DNA of 63,817 nucleotides, filler included, from Octopus bimaculoides (lineage: Eukaryota), in assembly GCF_001194135.2 (NCBI RefSeq). It is 10 parts of 9 records of this genome, joined end to end, with 100 filler letters (N's around TTAATTAATTAA, not from the genome) between each part and the next. Parts side by side here need not be neighbours in the genome. Positions count along the whole stretch, not along the records: positions 1 to 26,466 come from NC_068992.1; 9 more parts are not named here. One strand, 5' to 3'. The stretch's first letter is position 1, and each line of letters starts with the position of its first letter. Under the pieces are notes generated by a model, which was not told where the DNA came from, did no database searches, and was given only the letters and a program-made list of their open reading frames with translations. Below are positions 1 to 14,720 of this stretch, piece after piece. The translations under genes and the position numbers were made by a program.

Positions 1-148
1 TTATAATTTTCTATATATATTTGGAAATAATTGTTTAATGCTCGCAGAAATAAAACGCATTGACAGAATGTCTTATCTTATTTAAATGATAATTTGTTGC
101 ACTACAAGACAGTGTGTTCTTGGTTTTTGCGTATTTTCAGTTCCATAA

Positions 149-713
149 ATGAAACGTCAAGTGGACAAAACTGAGCATTTCCGACACAATTTGCTTTTTG
201 CATTTAATAGAGGTGTTAAGGCTGCCGAAGCTGCTCGTGAGATTTGTGCTGTATATGGAGAAAGGGGAAATGCCTCAAAGTTGGTTTTCGTGCTTCAAAA
301 ATGGGAATTTTGACCTGAAAGACGGATCACACACCGGTCGACCAACCGAGTTCGGTGAAGAGCGATTGAAGCAAATTCTTCTCGAAAATTCACGTGAAGC
401 AACCAGAAAATTGGTGGAGTAGATGGATAGTAATGAAAAAAACTGTGATGAACCACCTTCACTGAATGGTTAATGTTCATATCGCCAATATGACCAAAGC
501 CGATATTCAAGATCTCAAATGGGAGGTGCTGCTTCGTCCTCCATACTCTCCAGACTTGACACCGTCAGATTTTCATTTCTATCGACTGTTTTCGAACGCT
601 TTGACCGGTGTATCGTTCAATTGAGGGCTTGGTTGGACAAATTCTTTGAGTCAAGACGAGAGATTTCTATCCGCCGAGATATCAAAAAACTTATTGAAGA
701 AGTCTATTATTGA
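149..713 (+). mobile_element. Decayed, internally deleted mariner transposase (Tc1/mariner)
   Basis: ATG at 149 reads MKRQVDKTEHFRHNLLFAFNRGVKAAEAAREICAVYGE (mariner HTH). After a frameshift it reads WFSCFKNGNFDLKD..TGRP, and near 530-580 LLRPPYSPDLTPSDFHF (YSPDLAPSD motif). Frameshifts and stops are present. Confidence 0.9.
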
Positions 714-1455
714 TTAATTTGTTGCACATTTTAGTTTAAAATAAATTTTAAAAACGCTCATAAATTATTCTTCAAACCAATACATACACATATACATACA
801 TTCAAGTATACATTTACATAAATTTACACACACACACATATATATTGGCGTATCCAACTATTCTCTTTTGTTTTATTTCTTATCGTTTATTACTTATCCA
901 TCCTATCCTCGCCTGTATGAAAGATTAATCCATCAATTGCTATTTTGGTTTAGTGTTTTACTTAACGTCCCAAAGAGACAACCAAGCAAAATGGTATGAT
1001 TACAACCTTATTTAACTTTTACCTTATTCTTCACTAAGCTATTCTTCTTTATTTATTCATCCCTCTGATGGTGCACCTTGTTTGAGATCGGGTTTATTAC
1101 CAAATATGATTAATATTTTTACATATTTTGGCATATCAATAGCAATACCATACAGCATTGAAAGCAAAAACATCTGTGAGATGCTATGCAGTCTATTTGC
1201 ATTGAATTAATAAATATCAATTAATGTAAGTCAATTGCTGTTCATCAGTACATTTTCACTTTCGGTTTCCTTTATATATATATATATATAGCAACATTAA
1301 ACCTCTGAGCGAGAAGTAAGCAGTAGCAGCATAGAATCGTGAAGTATATTTGCCACCTAAATATGGCGGACCCATACGGGACGATGCTTCTGTTGTTTAT
1401 AACCCTACGAAAACATCTCCTCCAGCTGGCTAACGAGATATACATATGACTGTGT

Positions 1456-1497
<42 letters not shown>

Positions 1498-3064
1498 NNN
1501 NNNNNNNNNNNNNNNNNNNNNNNNNNNNNNNNNNNNNNNNNNNNNNNNNNNNNNNNNNNNNNNNNNNNNNNNNNNNNATATTATGTAATATAATATGTGA
1601 CAATTATTCGGTTGCCATAATAAGACTCCGAGTTTGGATGTCGGTACGGAAACCTGTTCTGACATCTCGTCAATTATCGAGGTAATCAAAATATGCTATG
1701 AAAATGCCCGTTAAACAAGTGGAATTTATTATGTAATTTATTGTTATTAAGACATATGTGCTATTAGAATGAACATTAAATAAGGGGAAAAAAACGAAGG
1801 GGAGGAAGTAAAAAGTAAAGAAGTAAAAATGCCACCGGGATAAAAGGAAAACGACCAAATTATCCAGTCATATATGGTCCTAAAATGATAAAGGTGTCAG
1901 TTACAACATCCATTGGAAGATCTTAGCCAAAATGTTCTTTATAAAAGTATTTTAGCACTTTCTACTTTGTCTTTTTTCCATATATATCTACTCGTGTGTT
2001 CCGCTTCAACCTTTTATACACACAACACACACGCACACACACACACACATTGCATTCTACAGGAATGTCAATGGAGTTTTACTTGATCAATAACTGCATG
2101 ATATTCATAGTTGCTGAAACGAAAACACGGGTATTAGAGTTAATATATTTGATGGGATTCCAACATAGAGGGATAAAACTAAATTGTGTTACTCCCAAAT
2201 TATTCCCAAGAAAAAGCTATTTCCATAACGAAGAATGGACCGCTAAAAATTTGCAAAAAATAAATATAATAAAGGAAATTCATATAACGTATTACTGGTA
2301 CTTGCTTTGAAGTATATTTTTAAACATGTATTGGAAGCTATCCCTTGAGAGATTTTTAAACATTGCACAATATAAATATCAACAAGGTGAAGTAAAGTAA
2401 AATCACCAGCTCAAAACGGATTACTTTTACATCAAAAGCAAACCTGACAATTTCCCAAGTAATTTGGGTAATTATATGGTTTGAAATAAAGAAAAGCATC
2501 TCTTATGCAAGTGAAATCTGGCAAGTGCAGACGCACTGGATATACCGAGATGTTGCGATTGGAGATTTAATGTTACAACAGAATAACAAATGTGAATAAA
2601 TTTTTACGACATTTGTAACAGAGATCGGATACGTCTTAATTCTACAAAATACACATTATTGCTTAGTGAGCAATGATTAGCTTCTTTAGATTCTAATAGG
2701 AAACCTTTTAAATGAGAGGAAATATGTGACGTTAATTTAACTATGGAGGAAACGGTGACAAACTTTAACTACCCCGTCTGTATGTGACTCTGTGTATGTG
2801 TGTGTGCATGTTGGTTTGTGTGTGAGTGTATGTATGTGTGTGTATGTGTGTGTCTACGAGCGGTCTTGTCCACATAATTCGATGTATAGTAGATATATAG
2901 AAGTGTATACACTAGTCTATATCGGAAAGTGTATAAATGCTGCAATAGTACATGTCGCTTTATTTCATTTCGTGTTGAAATTTTGATGTCCTGGCACAGA
3001 CACCTATTGAGTTTCTGTTCTGACGACACCACACACACACATACAAACACACACACACATACAA

Positions 3065-3115
<51 letters not shown>

Positions 3116-3641
3116 TGCGCGTATGTATACAAATTCACGTATTTATTGCATGTGTGTATGTATCATGAATATAATGAATCTAAAATAAAAGCAAGTGACA
3201 CGAAAATTTAAGAACTATCAAAATACTTTAGCTGCCGAAAGAAGGGAAAATAATCTGACATTTTAGTTCATCTGTTCTTTATCTGAAGAAATATAGCGAA
3301 GAAAAGTCAAGGACATGGGGAAAATATTGCTTCGAGACCAAAGAAGGAGGTTATGTAGAAATGCACTTCTGAAGGGTAGGGAGGAAGAAAGGCACGTATT
3401 GTGGATCTTAGTTGGGGAGTGTATTTGTGTCTTGAGATGGGTATAGGGTGATGGTTGTGTATATTTTTCAGATATATATAGATATGCAGAATGATGAAGT
3501 GCAGAAATGTAGTGAAGTGGATTATTGTTGGATTATTTCCTTGTATAGCTTTTATCTTATTACGTGCGTGAGTAGCTAGCCGCAGCGTGAGTGTGGGGTG
3601 AAAGAACTAGCAACAAGTATGTGGTGTTTCTGATAAAACAT

Positions 3642-3744
<103 letters not shown>

Positions 3745-4141
3745 AACACGTGGAAAAGATATGGAGAAAGTAAGTAGAAAAGAAGCGAAAATGGACATTG
3801 GATATAAAAAGAAATAAAGGCTTTGTTTATGAAAAGCAAATATATACAATTAGATGAATTGAGGCAGAAATAAGAGGAATAAAATTCATTATTATGAATT
3901 GTTAAAGGGATTCAAAGTCATACAGGTATCATCAATGCGCACCGCTAATCAAACGGTCTTGGGTCTACTAGTCACCGAGTAAAAAGCTTATGTGTAAGGG
4001 CGGTAAGTAGTTCTGGATGTGGTGCAGTTAGGGTAGATATAATACTGTAATAAGAATGATGTATGGGAATTAGTGGCATTATTGGTAAGGTTAGTAGTTT
4101 TCTGTATTATGTTATGTGTTCATGTTACGTTACATGATAAA

Positions 4142-4920
4142 AGACCAGGAAGCAGCACGGACGTGGCTTAACAAGGGTGACCTAAAAAAGAAGACTGAAA
4201 GCCTAAACATCACTGTCCAGGGTCAGGCATTGGATACCAACTCATATAAGTGTAATGGACCCTTGCAGAATGTCTAGGAAGAGGGTTGAAAACATGACTC
4301 ACATTGTTAGGGCTTGTGAATATCTTGCGTAGAAAGTGTACAAGCGTAGACACGACAAGGTAACCGAAAACCTCCACTGGCTACTATGCCGTAAGTATGG
4401 ATATGAGGATAGGGGTGCTAAATACCAACATAAATCGGAATGTACGAAAAGGGCAAGGCAAAATTCCTCTAAGACTTTCAATTCCAGACAGACAAGGTAT
4501 TAGAGCACCGAAGGCCAGATATAGTAACCTGTAGAAGGGACAAACAAGCGTGCCTAATAATTTACGTGGAAGTGCCAGGATACTAACATATCATCATGAA
4601 AGAAAGAGAAAAGGTTGATAAATATGGAGGCATGAGAATTGAGATCGCTAGGATGTGGCAGCTACGAGGGTCAAACGTTAGCGTTGTCTCTATTGTCATC
4701 TGAGTATTGGGTACAATACCATTTAATCTGAAAAAAAAAAAAACATCTGAAAACTTTAGAAATTCCCTACCATCTCGGTGTGTTGCAGAAGTCGGCATTA
4801 CTTGGAACTGCACGCATATTGCGTAAAGTACTGTCTGTTACTTGACAAACACGACAAACCCCCAGTAGACACAATATCTTCAATCAGCAACCTGACGATA
4901 TTGTATACTGTGCAACGTCT
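4142..4920 (+). mobile_element. 3' fragment of R4/Dong-like non-LTR retrotransposon (zinc knuckle plus restriction-like endonuclease), decayed
   Basis: Hand translation gives WLNKGDLKKKTESL, CRM...ENMTHIVRAC..LA*KVYKRRHDKVTENLHW, FQTDKVLEHRRPDIV and LQKSALLGTARILRKVL. It is followed by (CAA)n then (TAA)n. Confidence 0.85.
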
Positions 4921-4923
4921 ACT

Positions 4924-4924
<1 letters not shown>

Positions 4925-4959
<35 letters not shown>

Positions 4960-4960
4960 G

Positions 4961-4995
<35 letters not shown>

Positions 4996-5023
4996 GTAAT
5001 AATGATAATAATAATAATAATAA
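4925..5023. repeat. (CAA)n followed by (TAA)n microsatellite
   Basis: Direct reading; source of the poly-Q pseudo-ORF 4778-4999. Confidence 0.95.
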
Positions 5024-5560
5024 TACCAGACAGTGGCTCTCATGGCTTCCGATCTTCACTGACTGGAAGTGTTATCATGTACATTTTTTTCATCTTGGTA
5101 TAAAAGATAGGCTAAAGCAAATATTCTGCTCAATGCCACAGATTTGCTAGTCAGTTGTTTGACCTTAACCAATTGAGCATGTCCCTTAGAGGTTGACGAT
5201 CTGTGCATCTCTGATCCCGAGATGTTTTTGGGGGAACATAATAGCCATGTGTTGAGAGGAATTCTTTGGGGTTTGGATTATTCACCTCTGGAAAAACGGA
5301 TGTTTCTTACAAAATCCTTAAACAACCCTTATTCTGGGAACTTTTGGGCTGGATGGGCTACTCGACCCGAAGAAAATTTTAACTGGACCCCACCTTCAAG
5401 GACATGCACTGTTTATCTCAATATGGTTATGATGCATTTGCCTGGTACACGCTTATCAGACGGTTAGTCATGATGGGTATACTAGGCTTCGTATATTGTA
5501 CACCAGCGTCACTTTGATGGAATGCATTGCTCTCTCACTCAATAACAATTATTTATTCAT
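5024..5560. mobile_element. Unclassified non-coding interspersed repeat abutting (TAA)n
   Basis: More GC-rich than the flanks, starts right after (TAA)n and ends in CTCACTCAATAACAAT. It resembles a common octopus repeat from recollection only; there is no second copy in the window. Confidence 0.4.
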
Positions 5561-6332
5561 TAATGAACACATAATTTTAAATATGGAAGTTACACAATAC
5601 ATTGCAGGCTGAAAATAGTGATCCCGATCACATCAAATTTTCCGATACTACTACCAGAAAAAAAAGATTATTATAAAAGGCGAAACGCAAAAGTTTTAGC
5701 TTCAAAACTCAAAGATGTATATTCGAAAGCCAATTTCTACAGAAAATACTGGAAACAACATGTGACCCCTTTTCTCCTTGCTCCTTTACACCCTTCTCGT
5801 CACTAGATATTCGCAATGTATTGTAAACTCCTTTATCCTCCTAAATCCCTTTTTAAGCAGATGTTGCCAGAAATCGAAACTTGTTATTATTCTGGATTAA
5901 GAAAGTAAATGATTTTTTATTTTTTTTATTTCAGGTAATATTTGCGTAGACTTACAGTGAATCGAGAACATGGAATAAAGGGAAAGAAAAACTGTTCTGA
6001 CATATATGACAGCATTAGTTAAACATATATTAAGATTTGACGGATTGCAATAATAACTCAGTGTAGGATTTACGATTTAAGGTAATAGTTAAAATATTTC
6101 ACATGAAGTTAAGTAAGAGTGATTTTTACATGCTGCATCCAATGAAAGATTACTACAGGTTATCAGTGGTGCTTATGTCTTCTGTGTTTGTCTTCTGTTT
6201 GCATTTTTGCATGGACTAGAAAAAACAATATCATTTCAAGTAAGTACTATAAGCATGCCATATGACATTACTTAGGAGATGTATACTTGAAAAAGCTGTT
6301 TAAAATCTTACGAATCACACTATATAAAGTGG

Positions 6333-6560
6333 AATGCATGGCATTGTGCTTACGGTGATGGATTCATGATCGAAATATTGTGAGTTCAGTTCCTGAATCG
6401 GACGATGAGTGGGATTCTTGAGCAAAGCAATTACTTTCCTGTTTTTCCAGTCCACTCATTTGGTAAAAGTGAGTAATTATGCGATGGAATAGCGTCTCAT
6501 CTTGAGAGGACTTTATGTGAAACCGGTCCCAGGCTCGTTACGGAGTAATATAGATTGCCC
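6333..6560 (+). mobile_element. Decayed tRNA-derived SINE
   Basis: Degenerate A/B-box head (GCATGGCATTGTGCTTA...GAGTTCAGTTCC). The core TTCTTGAGCAAAGCA..CACTCA is shared with 55060-55120. Confidence 0.5.
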
Positions 6561-8219
6561 ATATAAAGTTATATCTATCAAAAGTTGCGTTTCAACTCTA
6601 CAATTTCTTTCTAACAGTGACTATATCAACTTAGCAGTTCTCCCAATGGTATCAAGTTGGGGAGTATATGAGAATTAGATCAATTAGCACAGTACACTGG
6701 AATGCATATCAAAGTATTTCAGATATAATTCATAGATTGATAATCATATATTCTAACATCCTGTGCCCATATGAAAAGGTCTCTTTAAACAGAAAGGAAT
6801 ATCCTACATAAATATTGTGCTTTATATTTTGGAGTTGACTTATGCTTGAAGGACCATGGCCTATTTATCATTATAGTCATCATCTTGAAATAATGACGAC
6901 GCGAGTGTATTATGATGAAACACATCATATTGTGCGGCCTAATTCTACTGGTTTATGAAATAATTTTGTTGCTATTTTGGTGCATGATTACACATATCTT
7001 TCTGAAGATCTATAGATCTTCATGGCATTGTTTCATTTTGATAAATGTGTCGATTACGCGTGCAATTTCGCATAACTCCCTTAAAGCAAAATTAGATAAG
7101 AATAAGTAGACCAGTATTCAAGGTGGTCTGTTAGAAGAAATCGAATGGTATTTATATTGTCTTTCTATGTCATCTCTCAATAGCATACTATTACTCCCCG
7201 TTTTTGTTTATATGTTGATACCGTTCTTCCTTTGGTTGTAAAATTGTTATTTGGCAGCACATGTATAATACTGAAAGAGTTTCTGATATATTCGTCCCAG
7301 GCCATACAAGGCATTCTGTAATTCCAAAGTAAATACGTTTATATAATCAACAGGTAGAAGTTTAGTGCATAGGGTAATCATCAGGAGATCACTATTTGCC
7401 AAACGGTTGAATTCATTTTGAAACTTCCCTAAATTGGAGACGGAAATGCTTGCAAATCCTATGGATATTATAGAGACAAATTATGATAAGAGAGACACCA
7501 AAGGTCTAAGATTGTGTTTGGGCTATATTAATCCTTGACAAACGTTTGCTTTCTTCTTAAAACAACAACAACGTATTAAATGATTTTTTGTGTGTCAATA
7601 ACACTATTATATTGCAATATGTATGCTCAGTGTACTACTTATCCCGAAATCTAACACTGTTTCGTACAACAAAAAAGAAAATATCGTGAAAGAAGAACGT
7701 CTATAAATTCAGATAATTTTGTATTGTGCGTTATTCGTATTTGCCTATTAACTTGTTTCACTTTATCTATAACAATCGTAAAGATGAAGCATCGATCTGG
7801 TTTTGTTTCACACTTATAGCCAATTCAGTGCACGTACACTGGTAATACTGTTGGGAAAAACTATAGAATTTACAACTTTCTATTGATTATACCATAAATA
7901 TATTAGTGAAGAGATGATTTTCTATTATTGTAGCGTAGTGAGTGACATAAATAAAGTGGTATGTAACAAAGTCATTTTCGCAGTTTCGATTCCCATTTGT
8001 GAGTATACACCATTAACAACATTAATGTCTATTTGATATGCATGAACAAGACACTCTCTGGTCTTATCCTAACACTAACTATATGTCTAACAAAGCCATT
8101 AAAACATACACACTCATGCACACACGCACGCACGTATACACACACATACACACATCCACACACATATATATAAACATTTCTATTCATATAGGTGTTACTG
8201 TATATATGTATTGTTTTAT

Positions 8220-8262
<43 letters not shown>

Positions 8263-9467
8263 NNNNNNNNNNNNNNNNNNNNNNNNNNNNNNNNNNNNNN
8301 NNNNNNNNNNNNNNNNNNNNNNNNNNNNNNNNNNNNNNNNNNNNNNNNNNNNNNNNNNNNNNNNNNNNNNNNNNNNNNNNNNNNNNNNNNNNNNNNNNNN
8401 NNNNNNNNNNNNNNNNNNNNNNNNNNNNNNNNNNNNNNNNNNNNNNNNNNNNNNNNNNNNNNNNNNNNNNNNNNNNNNNNNNNNNNNNNNNNNNNNNNNN
8501 NNNNNNNNNNNNNNNNNNNNNNNNNNNNNNNNNNNNNNNNNNNNNNNNNNNNNNNNNNNNNNNNNNNNNNNTATATATATATATATATGTATGTATATAT
8601 ATATATATATATATCATTTGAGTGAGACTTAGTCAGGATAGAAAACATTGCATATGTACTCAAAGAAGGCAGCCAATATTAATGGTAGAGAGGATAGAAG
8701 AATTCATCCTCAAATTGAAGATTTGACCCCAAAACCTGCTACTAATTGGACACTGCGAAAGAAGGTTGTGGAATATGTTGGCATATTTATGAGTGTGCGC
8801 ATGTATGTGTCTCAACAGTTAGTTATAAGGGATCAGTATATATGAAGACACGCCGTGTTTCACCATCATCTACACCTTCTTCAACCACGATCCCTACTTG
8901 ATAGGACGCTATCGAGCTACATATTTATAAGTTGTAGAATACTTTTTCGTTCCTATTTGTGATCCATTATTTGGACACAAGCAACCTAAAATATGAACAT
9001 AGTGTTGCTTTTGATCTTTTGAAAATTTTTGAAGTACAGATAAACTTTAAGTGCAAATATCTATTTCTAATTTCGGTTCAAAACAGGCATAGAAATAGCG
9101 AGTCAACAAAAACTAATCAAATGGCCTGTTATCGGATTACTATGAACGATGGCAAATTGACCCATGCAAATTGTAGCCGCCTTCTTGTATCGTAATTGAG
9201 ATCTACCTTACCTTTCGTGTTAGTAGACAGCTATGAGAAATACATTCGCTTAGATTATCACCTCTATGCACTCTGTTAAAAACCAATGATATTAAAGGTT
9301 TTTTCTTCCACAATCTGTTTCATTCCAAACAGACTGTCTTTCTGTATAGAAGGTATTTCCCAAAATGTTTTTGATTTTTCATAAATGTCCATCAATTTTA
9401 GTTTCTAAATTTTGGCGCTATGCTATCCACGAATCTATGCTAACAAGGAGATGAATAATATTTAATC

Positions 9468-9709
9468 TTTTCTTATCTTTTACTCTTTTACTCTTTTACT
9501 CTTTTACTCGTTTCAGTCATTTGACTGTGGCCATGCTGGAGCACCGCCTTTAGTCGAGTAAATCGACCCCAGGACTTATTCTTTGTACGCCTAGTAATTA
9601 TTCTATCGGTCTCTTTTGCCGAACCGCTAGGTTACGGGGACGTAAATACACCAGCATCGGTTGTCAAGTGATGTTGGGGGGACAAACGCAGACACATAAT
9701 TATACACAT

Positions 9710-9756
<47 letters not shown>

Positions 9757-9916
9757 ACGGGCTTCTTTCAGTTTTCGTTTACCAAATCCAGTCACAAGGC
9801 TTTGGTCGGACGAGGCTATTGTAGAATACACTTGCCCAAGTATCTACGCTGTAGGACTGAACTCGGAACCATGTGGTTGGTAAGCAAGCTAATTACCACA
9901 CAGCCACTCCTAAGCC
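9468..9916 (-). mobile_element. Full-length tRNA-derived SINE (family A, with internal TA/CA microsatellite)
   Basis: The minus strand has a tRNA-like head with GGTTCCGAGTTCAGTCC, the core CTTGGGCAAGTG, an internal microsatellite, and a tail GCTCCAGCATGGCC..GACTGAAAC then (TAAAAGAG)n. Homologous copies lie at 21936, 31258 and 47789. Confidence 0.9.
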
Positions 9917-10280
9917 TACAGTATATTGTTCAGTATGTGATGCACTTCACACGAACTGATTCGTGTATGTATTTCTATTGATACTCGTTTAAATTTCCGA
10001 ACTGGCAATGCTCAGTGTATAATCTATAATCATAGCGTCTACAATCATTTCTTAGACGCGATCCTACAAGCTGCATCCATACTAGAATCAATGCTCTTGT
10101 CGTTCACTGTTAATTTTCAAGCCGAACTGTGTGACTCTCCTGTCAATGGCGTCTTAACTTATTGTTAAACAGACCCAATTGTCAGCAAACAACAATCCGC
10201 CTACTAAACACATAGATACTTGTCCTAATCATTAGATATTGTTTCCCTCTCCCTACCCTTCCCACCGTCTCTGTCTGTCT

Positions 10281-10378
<98 letters not shown>

Positions 10379-11011
10379 ACACACACACACACCTTCCAAT
10401 GAATGACTCCTGAAGCTTTATTCACAAATATATTGAAAATAGCTTTAATTCTCGCACTTAGTTTTGCATTATTGCAACTGTATTATCAGATTGTACAGAG
10501 CTGGGTTTCAACTATGTATTCTCTCGCTATAATGAAAGGACTGATTCATACTAGTGAATTGTCAGGACATCTTAATTTTTTGTGAACCAGATATATGTGC
10601 CTTAGTCAAGCCATAATATACTTGATGGATTGTCTGCAATGACTAACATTCTCCTATATTTTTACTAGAACTCTATTTCTAGCGTTTCGAAATTCACTTT
10701 TAGCTTCATGGTGATTCTGAAATAGGATTTCCTTTATGAGGGGTAGATTACACACACTGGATCCTGGAGCGATATGCTATCGAGATTTTAACTGCACCTA
10801 ATTTTGTTCCGAGATCAATCTTATTTTTATCCTTCAAGAGGATGAACGGATTGCCCAACATCGATGAAGTCGATGTAATTCACTATAATTTTTAAAGATA
10901 TGCTAGAAAGAGCCTTTCGAAAATAAAATGGGCAAATAATGTCAATTGTTAAAGAACCGTCAGATATATCTTGCAGAAAATTATTTCCACAAATTTGGTT
11001 CTGATTGGAAA

Positions 11012-11640
11012 TCAGCTCGTGTAGCATTTTGCCTTATATTTTTTAGAGGCGAAGTCATCAGCTGAATGGACTATTCTACTTGCAAATTTCTGCCAATAAC
11101 CCTGCAAATGTCTGCCAATGATTAGACTATATGTTAAGTGGGGGTCTATTAAATATGGTAGTATTGATGGTGTACTAGAGGATTCTTGTTATAGGTACTA
11201 ATGACACTAGTGAGACGAGATCTAACATTAGTTCCTCTGTTGTCATATTTTACAATACATATGCAGTGTTCAGGTTGATAAACATAAATCATTTTCTTCA
11301 AATCACCTTGTACTATGTTCTGCGTGCAATAAAACACCTGTAATTCATGAGGTGAGAGAATAATTCTGAAGCTAGTTCTACATCCCAGTAATACATTTAT
11401 AATTTAGTATTTTAATTTGCGTAATATAATTATAATGTCAACAAATACATCTATTTGCAGACGTTGTCTTCATTGCCGTGTTTCTGTTTTTCCCTCCAAT
11501 ATATANNNNNNNNNNNNNNNNNNNNNNNNNNNNNNNNNNNNNNNNNNNNNNNNNNNNNNNNNNNNNNNNNNNNNNNNNNNNNNNNNNNNNNNNNNNNNNN
11601 NNNNNNNNNNNNNNNNNNNNNNNNNNNNNNNNNNNNNNNN

Positions 11641-11683
<43 letters not shown>

Positions 11684-14600
11684 GTATACACACTTATTTA
11701 CGTATATGTATTTGCTTGTGTGTAAGTATTTTAAGAAGTATTCGTTTAATTACAATCTGTTCAAAGGTATCCACAGTCCCTCAATATTTCTGAATGATAC
11801 AATCAGTATATTACTTTCTGAATTCGGCTTCATATCAATTATATGTACAGAGAATATATGCTTATATCGAACCGAGATTATTAACAATATTACTTTTAGA
11901 GAATCTTAGATGACGAAGAACACAACGTTTCTTACATGGATATTTTTAATGTAAAATCATTACGGTAGAAAAGCTTACGCCATTAGAATGTTATTTTCGT
12001 TTTTGTATTCTAATATAAATTTCATTAAATTACAAGCTATGCTAATATTTATATAGCAGGAGCGAATACCAGAAATTAAGTCTATACCTACATAATTAAA
12101 CATCACATGTTAGCAAACATCACATGTTAGCAAACATCACATGTTAGCACCACAAATTGGATCCTGATTGGTTCATCTATTTCCATATATTCGGAATCAA
12201 TAACTAATTCCTCCACGGATGCATTTTACATTAAGGCTTACATTCCTCCAGAGATACCTGAATGCATTAATTCGATTTACATGCTGCTGTAGCCAAATAC
12301 CCCCATTAATTATACTATTCGATCTGAAATATAGTATAATTTCTTTGGATAGGTAATCTGTGATATAAGGAAATACAACGTAATACCAACTGGAGAGTAC
12401 TTGGTAGTAGTATTTTTTGATTTTTTGCTGACCACATAAAAACTGCTTAGTGCTCGTATGTACTACATAGGTTTTAAGCTGTAAATTTCCATGCGAGTTA
12501 CTAGAAGCAGTTACAAATTACCAGAAGCAGCTACGTACACAGTAACAGATGTAGCTACATACACAGTAACAGAAGCAGCTCTATACGTACATCTTTCTTG
12601 AACTGAAATGAACTGGAATACCGCCAGATTTGTAGGCTGGAGAAAATTCTTAACAGGGTTTCTTCCAGTTTTAAGTGTTTAAAGCAACCTCCATGAGGTC
12701 GGCGTTCATCATAATGTGGAATTAAATAAGTACCATTTAAATACAGGGCTCCACTCTGCAAAATATCTGGCCATGTGCATACAGTAGAAACACCGTCAAG
12801 ACTATGTATGTAATATGTTCTTTAAAAGCAAAATGATAGAGGTAATACTGGACTGGTTGTTGATAGTTTCAGTGATATAACATTCATCAAAAATTTCCAC
12901 ATTATATAGGAATATTAAATTTGCTTTCCAACTTTAACTGGCGAGCAAAATTGCTTTAATTAATTTATATAAGAGAATCGATAATTCTAGACAATCTGTT
13001 ATAATCCAAAGAATAGATTAAAACATAATCATATTTTTAAGCAAGTTGATTTGCTTAAATTTGCCAATATATAATTAATAGTATTTCCAAACAGAATTCA
13101 TTTATCAGTATCTCTTTGTAAAACCAAACTTTAACAGAAGGAACCATTTATAAATTATCTAACAGCATAATTCTAACCACACACACACACATATATGTAT
13201 GTATATATATATATAAGTATGGGTGTTTAGTTCACAGGTACACTCGGAAAGTGGTGTAACGGATTACTAGGGCTCCAAGGTTATACCCGACACGTTAGTT
13301 GTAGACCCATTTCAGATTTCCGATGCAGAATAGAAAACAGAACAGAAGCAGAACAAAAAGCATGAAGGCAAGGCCACCATCTCTAGTGGTGTACAATATC
13401 ATTATAGGGAGAAATTCAAAATCTTACAGCTGTTTCTGGGATATTCCCGAGTATAGGAAATTCTGTCACCAGGGAAAAAATAGGTAAAATGTGAATGGTA
13501 TATGTTAATGAGATGACGACATGGAAAAAGGGAGTAAGATAATAAGGAGATAGAAAGAAAGAAGGGAAAGCAGATGTTTGACTTGCCTTAATGCTTGCTG
13601 TCCTGTTTAACAATTATATATATATATAGAGAATGGGGTTAGTTGAGCGAGAATACACACGGAAACGAAAAGTGTCGCTGAAGGGGTCACAAATATGTGA
13701 AAAAAGAATTCTGGACTATGGACAGGCGTTAAAATAAAATAACAGTAATGAACGAGTGTGTGTGTGTCTATTTGGTACAAAAAATGACCATGCCGAAATA
13801 CAACAATATATGACGTGTGTGTGTGTGTGTGTATGTATATGTATATATGATGTATAGTGAAACTGTATAGCCCTCCTTATAAATAGACCACTAGCCGGTC
13901 GTTAAGAGATGGTTGAGAGTCGAAGAGTTGAGAATCGACATTTCTAATCGGTGTTTTGTGGAACTATCAGTGATAGTAAGGCAGAAGAAGTGTATTGCTA
14001 TTCCGGTACGAAGAGATACAACGGTATCCGATGACAAGTAGCCTCTAGTATAAAACAGCAACTACAGTACAACGGTAGTCATATATCACACCAATGATAA
14101 ATTTACAACAGTATATATAGTCATTGTGATGATATATAAACCTCTTACAGGGATAGTTTTATCCAAGTTACACTGGTTAAATGTATTATATTTTGAAGTA
14201 GTAGTTCTTTAATATATATATTATATAAATATCAACTATTATTAAGTAAGAAAATGGAGAGATATAATAGACATAAATTAATTGTTAATTAATTAACATT
14301 GCCTACTATGATTTCAATTTACATTCAATACAAATTGCAGAATATATATGATAAAATAATTTCGCATTTTTTAAGACTTTGCGTGTAATATCTTCAGGGT
14401 ATAAAGGACATTACGGAATTTATAAGTGAATCAGTTGAGGTATTCCAATAGAATTGAATCTGTTGGAATACCTCAATTGACTAACACGTCAATTCTGTAA
14501 TGTACTTTATGCCCTGAAGATATTTCACTTAAACTCTTAAAAAATGCCAGATTATATTATGTTATATGATTTGTAATTTATATTAAGTGTAAATGGAAAC

Positions 14601-14687
14601 GATTGTACGCAATGTTAATTGATTAAAAATTAATTAATTAATTATACATATGTATATACATATATATGTGTGTATATGTATATATAT

Positions 14688-14720
<33 letters not shown>

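Noticed and set aside
7240-7310. TPR-like peptide NALYGLGRIYQK on the minus strand
   Set aside because: Single short match followed by a stop within about 10 codons; likely chance.
10700-11010. Coding-like composition downstream of the candidate terminal exon
   Set aside because: All frames are interrupted and no motif is recognised; it may be UTR or a decayed element.
12591-12755. Longer 165-nt symmetric exon SGALYLNG...FQFKKD
   Set aside because: It is open and GT-AG bounded, but joining it to the next strong exon (12323) gives an immediate stop, and I recognise no homology. The 46-nt version was preferred; unresolved.
13240-14170. Possible LTR or retroelement remnant (GC-richer block with a TATA-like motif)
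   Set aside because: No TG..CA pair, PBS, PPT or recognisable protein motif; cannot be classified.
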